From assembly GCA_963977445.1 (NCBI GenBank), contig CAXBPH010000001.1, positions 16,709 to 80,708 on the forward strand: a stretch of 64,000 bases of DNA. Direction: 5' to 3'. Each line of letters starts with the position of its first letter. The first letter of the stretch is position 1. Shown here piece after piece: positions 58,821 through 64,000 of the stretch. The stretch is from an uncultured bacterium (GTDB lineage: Bacteria > Hydrogenedentota > Hydrogenedentia > Hydrogenedentales > JAEUWI01). The notes beneath the pieces are model-generated. The model had not been told where the DNA came from. It worked only from the letters and a program-made list of their open reading frames with translations, and did not search any database. A program made the translations under genes and the position numbers.

Positions 58821-61800
58821 GTGAGAGAGACTGTTATGCATCCCATCCCATACATTTCCCTGCTGATCGGGGTCGTTTCCCTAGTTCAGGCGCCCGCCGT
58901 GTCCGCCACCGAGGTTGATTTCCAGCAGGACATTCTCCCCCTGATGGCAGACCGGTGCTTTGCCTGCCATGGTCCCGATGGCAATCAACGCAAGGGCGAC
59001 CTGCGGCTTGATGTGGAATCCGCTGCAAAAAAGGAAGTCATCGTATCGGGAGAACCCGAAAACAGCGAGCTCATTCGGCGCATTCTCACCACGGATCCCG
59101 ACGACCATATGCCCCCACCGGAATCGGAGAAGGAAAGTCTCACCCCGGAACAAATCGAGTTGTTTCGCGCATGGATACAACAAGGCGCGACCTGGGAAGG
59201 TCACTGGGCCTATACGACGCCCTCCCTCCCCGATACGCCCGCCGTCGTAACCCAACAGTGGGCTCGGACCCTTGTCGACCCCTTTATCCTGGCGCGTCTG
59301 GAGGAGAAGGGCCTGTCTCCTTCGCCCGAGGCGGACCGGGAAACCCTCATCCGACGTCTCACCCTGGATCTAACGGGGCTGCCACCCACCCTGGACGCCA
59401 TCGACCGCTTTGTCTTGGACAACAGCGACGATGCCTATGAGAACCTCGTTGACGGCCTGCTGAATACCCCTGCCTATGGGGAGCACATGGCCCGGATGTG
59501 GCTCGATGTGGCCCGCTATGCCGACACCAATGGCTACCAGAATGATTTCCACCGGGTCATGTGGCCCTGGCGCGACTGGGTCGTTGGTGCCTTCAACGAC
59601 AATATGCCCTATGACCAGTTCGTCGTTGAACAGCTTGCCGGTGACCTCCTCCCCAACGCAACAGAATCCCAGCGCATCGCCACGGGGTTCAACCGCAATA
59701 ACAAGAGCGTCACCGAGGGCGGCTCCATTGAAGAAGAATGGCTCGTGGAAAACCTCGTGGACCGGGTGGAGACCACGTCGCTGGCCTTTCTCGGTCTGAC
59801 CATGGGGTGTGCGCGCTGTCACGATCACAAGTATGACCCCATCACCCAGAAAGATTTCTATCAATTCTACGCGTTCTTCAATAGCACCGAGGACAATGGC
59901 TTTTATCAGGAAACCCGGGGCAATACGGGGCCACAGGTCTTCGTGCCCGATTTTAAACAGCAGCAGGAACTGACCCGGCTGGACCAGGCCATTAATCGGG
60001 CCCAGGCCGAATACAACGAGGCCCGCGCGGCCCAGGGTGGTGAGTTTGACGGCTGGCTGAACGCGCTCCGAGAGGTCAAACCCGCGGAGAACGCACCCCA
60101 TCCCGTCTACGAGGCGGCCCTGGCGGGAACGCTGCCCACCCAGGAAGCACCACCGGCCAACACGCCGGTCTGGAAAGCGGGCCTCCTCGGGCAAGCCCTC
60201 GCGCTGGACGGTACGGCAACCTCGACCATCGATTTGGGTCAGGGCGTCACCTTTGATCGGGAAAAGCCCTTTACCGCACTCCTGTGGGTCCGGCCCACGT
60301 CAGCGGGTGCCCTCTACAGCAAGATGGATGAAGCGCAGGACTTCCGTGGCGTGGATCTGCTCCTTTCCGGCAACGGCGCAATCGAGGCTCATGTCGTCAG
60401 CGCATGGGATTCGGATGCCTTCAAGATTCAGGCAGAGAACGCCGTCACCATGGGCGTATGGAATTTTGTAGGCCTCACCTATGACGGCTCCAGTAAAGCG
60501 TCCGGCATGAAAGTCTATGTCAATGGCATGGAAGTCCCCGTGAAGGTCTTGAACGACGCCCTGAGCGGCCCCATCGACACGGCCCAACCCCTCCGCGTGG
60601 GCCAACGCACGTCTAGCACCTATCTCAACGGGGAAGTCGCTGGCCTTCAGTTTTTTGACCAGGCCCTGCCGCTGGACGTGGTGACCCAATTCCAGGACGT
60701 CTCCCTGGCATCCGCCTTGACGACGGATATTGGCGAGGATCAGATGAAGGCCCTTCAGGGGTTTCATAATCTCCAAATCACCAAGCTCCTTCGTCCCCAG
60801 CAGGAAGCCCTCGACGCGACAAACAAGGCCCGCAATGAGTATGCGAAAAACATCCCCAGTGTCATGGTGATGGAAGAGCGGGAAACGCCCCGGCCGACTT
60901 ATCTCCTCAAGCGGGGTGCCTATGACGCGCCCGACACCAGTGAAGAACTCCATCCGAACACACCCGGCTTCCTGCCTGCCCTGGCCGACGGCGTCCCCCA
61001 CAATCGTCTGGGCCTGGCCCAATGGCTCATTTCACCGGAAAATCCACTCACAGCACGGGTCGCGATAAACCGATTCTGGCAAATGCTCTTTGGCCGTGGT
61101 CTCGTGAAGACTTCCGAAGATTTTGGCGTTCAGGGAAGCCCCCCGACCCACCCCAAGTTGCTCGATGCCCTGTCCCTTCACTTTGAGGAAACCGGTTGGG
61201 ACGTGAAAGGACTGTTGAAGGATCTGGTCATGAGCGCCACCTACCGTCAATCGAGTGCCCTGAATCAGACCTTGCTGGCCCAGGACCCGGACAACCAGTT
61301 TTATGCCCGGGCACCCCGTTATCGCCTCTCTGCAGAGATGATTCGGGACAACGCTCTGGCCGTCAGTGGCTTACTGGCGAAGGAACTCGGCGGACCACCG
61401 GCCATGCCCTATCAACCGGGGGGACTGTGGGAAGAACTCGCGGGCGGTGCCAGCCAAGGCCCCTATGTGCAGGGAACGGGTGATGATCTCTATCGCAGAA
61501 GCCTCTATACCCATCGCAAGCGAACCGTGCCCCACCCCACGTTGACGACCTTTGACGCCCCGAGCTTTGAGTATTGCCTCGCACGCCGGGGACGCACCAA
61601 CACCCCCTTGCAGGCGCTGGCGCTCTTGAATGACACCACCTATGTGGAAGCAGCCCGCCATCTGGCCCAGCGGATGGTGACCGAAGTAGACGGCGACGCC
61701 CGTGCCCGTCTGGCCTATGGCTTTCGCCTGGCAACGGGACGTAACCCCACGGAATCGGAATTGAATTCCCTGCAACTCGGCTATGACCGCTATGAAGAGA

Positions 61801-61949
61801 AATATGCCAGCGACCCAGAGGCCAGCCAGGCCTTGGTGAGCAATGGCGAATCTCCCGTTCCCGGGGACATCCCCGCAGCGACCCTGGCGGCCTATACACC
61901 CGTCGCAGGCGTTCTGCTCAACCTCGACGAAACCTTGACGCGGGAATAG
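58821..61949 (+). CDS. Planctomycete cytochrome-c domain protein (PSCyt1 + PSCyt2/DUF1549 + PSD1/DUF1553)
   Basis: Signal peptide. CFACHG heme-binding motif near the N-terminus. 1042 aa with the DUF1549...DUF1553 layout, followed by a DUF1501 gene as is typical. Confidence 0.8.
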   Translation: MRETVMHPIPYISLLIGVVSLVQAPAVSATEVDFQQDILPLMADRCFACHGPDGNQRKGDLRLDVESAAKKEVIVSGEPENSELIRRILTTDPDDHMPPPESEKESLTPEQIELFRAWIQQGATWEGHWAYTTPSLPDTPAVVTQQWARTLVDPFILARLEEKGLSPSPEADRETLIRRLTLDLTGLPPTLDAIDRFVLDNSDDAYENLVDGLLNTPAYGEHMARMWLDVARYADTNGYQNDFHRVMWPWRDWVVGAFNDNMPYDQFVVEQLAGDLLPNATESQRIATGFNRNNKSVTEGGSIEEEWLVENLVDRVETTSLAFLGLTMGCARCHDHKYDPITQKDFYQFYAFFNSTEDNGFYQETRGNTGPQVFVPDFKQQQELTRLDQAINRAQAEYNEARAAQGGEFDGWLNALREVKPAENAPHPVYEAALAGTLPTQEAPPANTPVWKAGLLGQALALDGTATSTIDLGQGVTFDREKPFTALLWVRPTSAGALYSKMDEAQDFRGVDLLLSGNGAIEAHVVSAWDSDAFKIQAENAVTMGVWNFVGLTYDGSSKASGMKVYVNGMEVPVKVLNDALSGPIDTAQPLRVGQRTSSTYLNGEVAGLQFFDQALPLDVVTQFQDVSLASALTTDIGEDQMKALQGFHNLQITKLLRPQQEALDATNKARNEYAKNIPSVMVMEERETPRPTYLLKRGAYDAPDTSEELHPNTPGFLPALADGVPHNRLGLAQWLISPENPLTARVAINRFWQMLFGRGLVKTSEDFGVQGSPPTHPKLLDALSLHFEETGWDVKGLLKDLVMSATYRQSSALNQTLLAQDPDNQFYARAPRYRLSAEMIRDNALAVSGLLAKELGGPPAMPYQPGGLWEELAGGASQGPYVQGTGDDLYRRSLYTHRKRTVPHPTLTTFDAPSFEYCLARRGRTNTPLQALALLNDTTYVEAARHLAQRMVTEVDGDARARLAYGFRLATGRNPTESELNSLQLGYDRYEEKYASDPEASQALVSNGESPVPGDIPAATLAAYTPVAGVLLNLDETLTRE

Positions 61950-62016
61950 AAAACGGTGACGTATGAATTACAGAATCCTTTCACGGAAATTCGAAGCCGG
62001 TACAACGGGATTAAAC

Positions 62017-62121
62017 GGGTGCCACCCTTACAGACACGAGGTACGAGTGGCTTTAAGGGTGTATCCCAACCCAACACCCTTAAACTCCCCCGCTGCGCTC
62101 CTCCGTGTAAGGGTGGCACCC
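62017..62121. repeat. nested perfect inverted repeat (16-bp outer stem, 11-bp inner stem) in PSCyt-DUF1501 intergenic region
   Basis: Outer arms GGGTGCCACCCTTACA (62017-62032) and TGTAAGGGTGGCACCC (62106-62121). Inner hairpin TTTAAGGGTGT (62052-62062) / ACACCCTTAAA (62074-62084) with an 11-nt loop. No U-tract. Confidence 0.6.
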
Positions 62122-62217
62122 ACAATACTTCGTGCTATGTATCGCCGTAACGTTGCTATTGACCCGACAACTCCGTTTGAGACGAAACCTCAATAAAATA
62201 ACTACCGGAACTACACT

Positions 62218-63666
62218 ATGGACGCGCTAAAATTTGCCCAACATATTAACCGCCGCGACTTCCTCCAACGTGCCGGATGCAGCCTCGGTGCCGCCGCGCT
62301 CGGCCTCCTCGGCGCCGGCACCGCAACAGCATCGACGGAAGAAGATATTCGTAAAGTAGCCAACCACTTCGCTCCCCGGGCCAAGCGGGTTATTTACCTC
62401 TTTCAGTCCGGCGCACCCACCCAACTCGAAACCTTCGACTATAAGCCGGGACTGAAAGACCTTGATACCACCGAGCTGCCCGACAGCATCCGCATGGGAC
62501 AACGGCTAACCGGCATGACCTCGGGCCAGGCGAATTTTCCCGTGACGGCGTCCCGTTTCGGCTTTTCGCAATATGGCCAAAGCGGCATGTGGCTCAGCGA
62601 ATTACTTCCCCATACCGCGGGCATCGCCGACGACATCTGCGTCATCCGCTCCATGCACACCGAAGCCATTAACCATGACCCGGCCATCACCTTCTGCCAG
62701 ACGGGCTCCCAACTTGCGGGCAAACCCAGCATGGGCGCCTGGGTGGCCTATGGCCTCGGCAGCAGCAACGAAAACCTACCTACCTTCACCGTGCTGATAT
62801 CCCGGGGCACGGGACGCCTCGCCACCCAGCCCCTTTATGACCGTCTCTGGGGCAGCGGTGCCCTCCCCGGACGTTACCAGGGCATAAAACTTCGTGCCGG
62901 TGAAGAACCCGTGCTCTACCTGGCCAACCCGGCAGGATGCGACACCAACATTCGCCGCCAGATGCTTGACCAGCTCAACGACCTCAACGAACAGAAGTAC
63001 AACGCGGTGCAGGACCCCGAAATTCGCACCCGTATCGAACAATACGAGTTGGCCTTCCGCATGCAGTCCGCCGTGCCCGATCTCACCGACATCAGCGACG
63101 AACCGGAACACATCCTGGAAATGTATGGCCCCGACGTGCGCAAACCGGGCACCTACGCCCGCAACTGCCTCCTCGCCCGCCGCATGGCCGAGCGGGACGT
63201 CCGCTTCGTACAGCTTTATCACATGGGCTGGGATCACCACGACAACCTGCCCGACCACCTCACCAAGCAATGCCGCGACACGGATCAACCTTCGGCGGCG
63301 CTGGTGGCCGACTTGAAACAACGCGGCATGCTCGACGACACCCTCGTCATCTGGGGCGGCGAATTTGGCCGCACCGTCTACAGCCAGGGAAAAGTCACCG
63401 ACACCACCTATGGCCGGGATCACCACCCCCGCTGCTTCTCCCTCTGGATGGCCGGCGGCGGCATCAAGCCCGGCATCGTCCACGGCGAGACCGACGATTT
63501 CAGCTACAACATCGTGAAGGACCCGGTCCACGTAAATGACTTGCACGCCACCATCCTCGATTGCCTCGGCCTCGACCACGAACGCCTCTCCGTCCCCTTC
63601 CAGGGTCTGGACGTCCGCCTCTCCGGCGTGGAGGAACACCACCCGGTGAAAGCCATATTGGCGTAG
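62218..63666 (+). CDS. DUF1501 (sulfatase-like) protein with twin-arginine signal
   Basis: Tat motif [23 protein letters not shown]. 482 aa. The DUF1501 family is canonically paired with DUF1549/DUF1553 proteins. Confidence 0.8.
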   Translation: MDALKFAQHINRRDFLQRAGCSLGAAALGLLGAGTATASTEEDIRKVANHFAPRAKRVIYLFQSGAPTQLETFDYKPGLKDLDTTELPDSIRMGQRLTGMTSGQANFPVTASRFGFSQYGQSGMWLSELLPHTAGIADDICVIRSMHTEAINHDPAITFCQTGSQLAGKPSMGAWVAYGLGSSNENLPTFTVLISRGTGRLATQPLYDRLWGSGALPGRYQGIKLRAGEEPVLYLANPAGCDTNIRRQMLDQLNDLNEQKYNAVQDPEIRTRIEQYELAFRMQSAVPDLTDISDEPEHILEMYGPDVRKPGTYARNCLLARRMAERDVRFVQLYHMGWDHHDNLPDHLTKQCRDTDQPSAALVADLKQRGMLDDTLVIWGGEFGRTVYSQGKVTDTTYGRDHHPRCFSLWMAGGGIKPGIVHGETDDFSYNIVKDPVHVNDLHATILDCLGLDHERLSVPFQGLDVRLSGVEEHHPVKAILA

Positions 63667-64000
63667 GATCGGGGAAGAAGGCCGTAATAATTGGGAGCGC
63701 AGGCGGTCGCCGGAACTGTCCCACGAACCTCTTGTGCATGGAGGTATTGCGTCCAGTATCGGGTTGACTCCGTGCGCCCCGATGAGGTGCCCAGCACCGT
63801 CGCGATTTGTCCCAAGGAACTATGGACATAGGAGAGCTGCAATGTACTCAAACCCTCTTCTCATTGAGCACATTGCAGCCTTGGCCCTAGCGGTATCTGA
63901 TGGTGTTAGCACCACTCCCTGCCCCCGGTTGTGCTTTTGTAGTGGAAGCAAAGCTACAAAATAAAGGTGCCATCGCTCATGACTTTCCCCGTTTTAAAGT

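Noticed and set aside
62104-62130. TGGCAC at 62114 considered as a sigma-54 -24 element upstream of the DUF1501 gene
   Set aside because: The required TTGC(A/T) -12 element is absent at the correct spacing (sequence is TGGCACccacaATACT). TGGCAC here is part of the inverted-repeat arm.
1-64000. Looked for CRISPR repeats, rRNA/tRNA genes, integrase or transposase genes and toxin-antitoxin pairs
   Set aside because: No regularly spaced direct repeats, no tRNA-like cloverleaf candidates were recognised by eye, and no recombinase motifs. The RHH protein at 45838 has no adjacent toxin partner.

Overview
This is a GC-rich chromosomal segment (roughly 55-60% GC by eye) that looks like it comes from a Planctomycetota / PVC-superphylum bacterium. 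The lineage call rests on three families: two DUF1559 proteins that carry an N-terminal type-IV-pilin-like '[15 protein letters not shown]' signal; a PSCyt1/PSCyt2(DUF1549)/PSD1(DUF1553) cytochrome-c protein followed by a Tat-signal DUF1501 protein; and a 1020-aa protein with the PVC-specific 'membrane-bound dehydrogenase N-terminal domain + HEAT repeats + C-terminal CxxCH heme-binding domain' architecture. I can support about 45 protein-coding genes. I recognised no rRNA, tRNA, CRISPR array, integrase or transposase.

Recognisable content, in order:
- A phosphate-starvation neighbourhood (10.6-19.7 kb): phoB-phoR, an OprO/OprP-like phosphate porin and a secreted NPP-type phosphodiesterase, interrupted by a DUF1559 gene and a minus-strand bioB.
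- Several two-component modules: an HDOD hybrid kinase; a Cache/PAS kinase followed by a CheY-like receiver and a receiver-PP2C phosphatase; and a sigma-54 NtrC-type activator next to an HPt protein.
- A heavy-metal P1B ATPase and a biotin synthase.
- A long same-strand glycan-export operon at 26.1-35.9 kb: Wzm/Wzt ABC-2 exporter, a GT2, a 782-aa fusion protein and a GT4. Two genes in it start on ATGA stop/start overlaps.
- A compact four-gene cassette at 46.3-51.1 kb: a NodU/CmcH-family carbamoyltransferase, two GT4 glycosyltransferases and a PIG-L/LmbE deacetylase. I consider this the most interesting candidate for an undescribed system. Its enzyme set matches the glycosylation-deacetylation-glycosylation-carbamoylation logic of aminoglycoside pseudo-oligosaccharide assembly, and also the GT4+deacetylase logic of mycothiol/bacillithiol/GPI synthesis.

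Other oddities: a perfect nested 16-bp/11-bp inverted-repeat element in the PSCyt/DUF1501 intergenic region; tandem diverged secreted paralogs with swapped C-terminal anchors; a frameshifted DUF1559 pseudogene; and poly-C tracts in a 660-bp intergenic region.

High GC produces many long antisense ORFs in the supplied track. I rejected these on strand-context and composition grounds.
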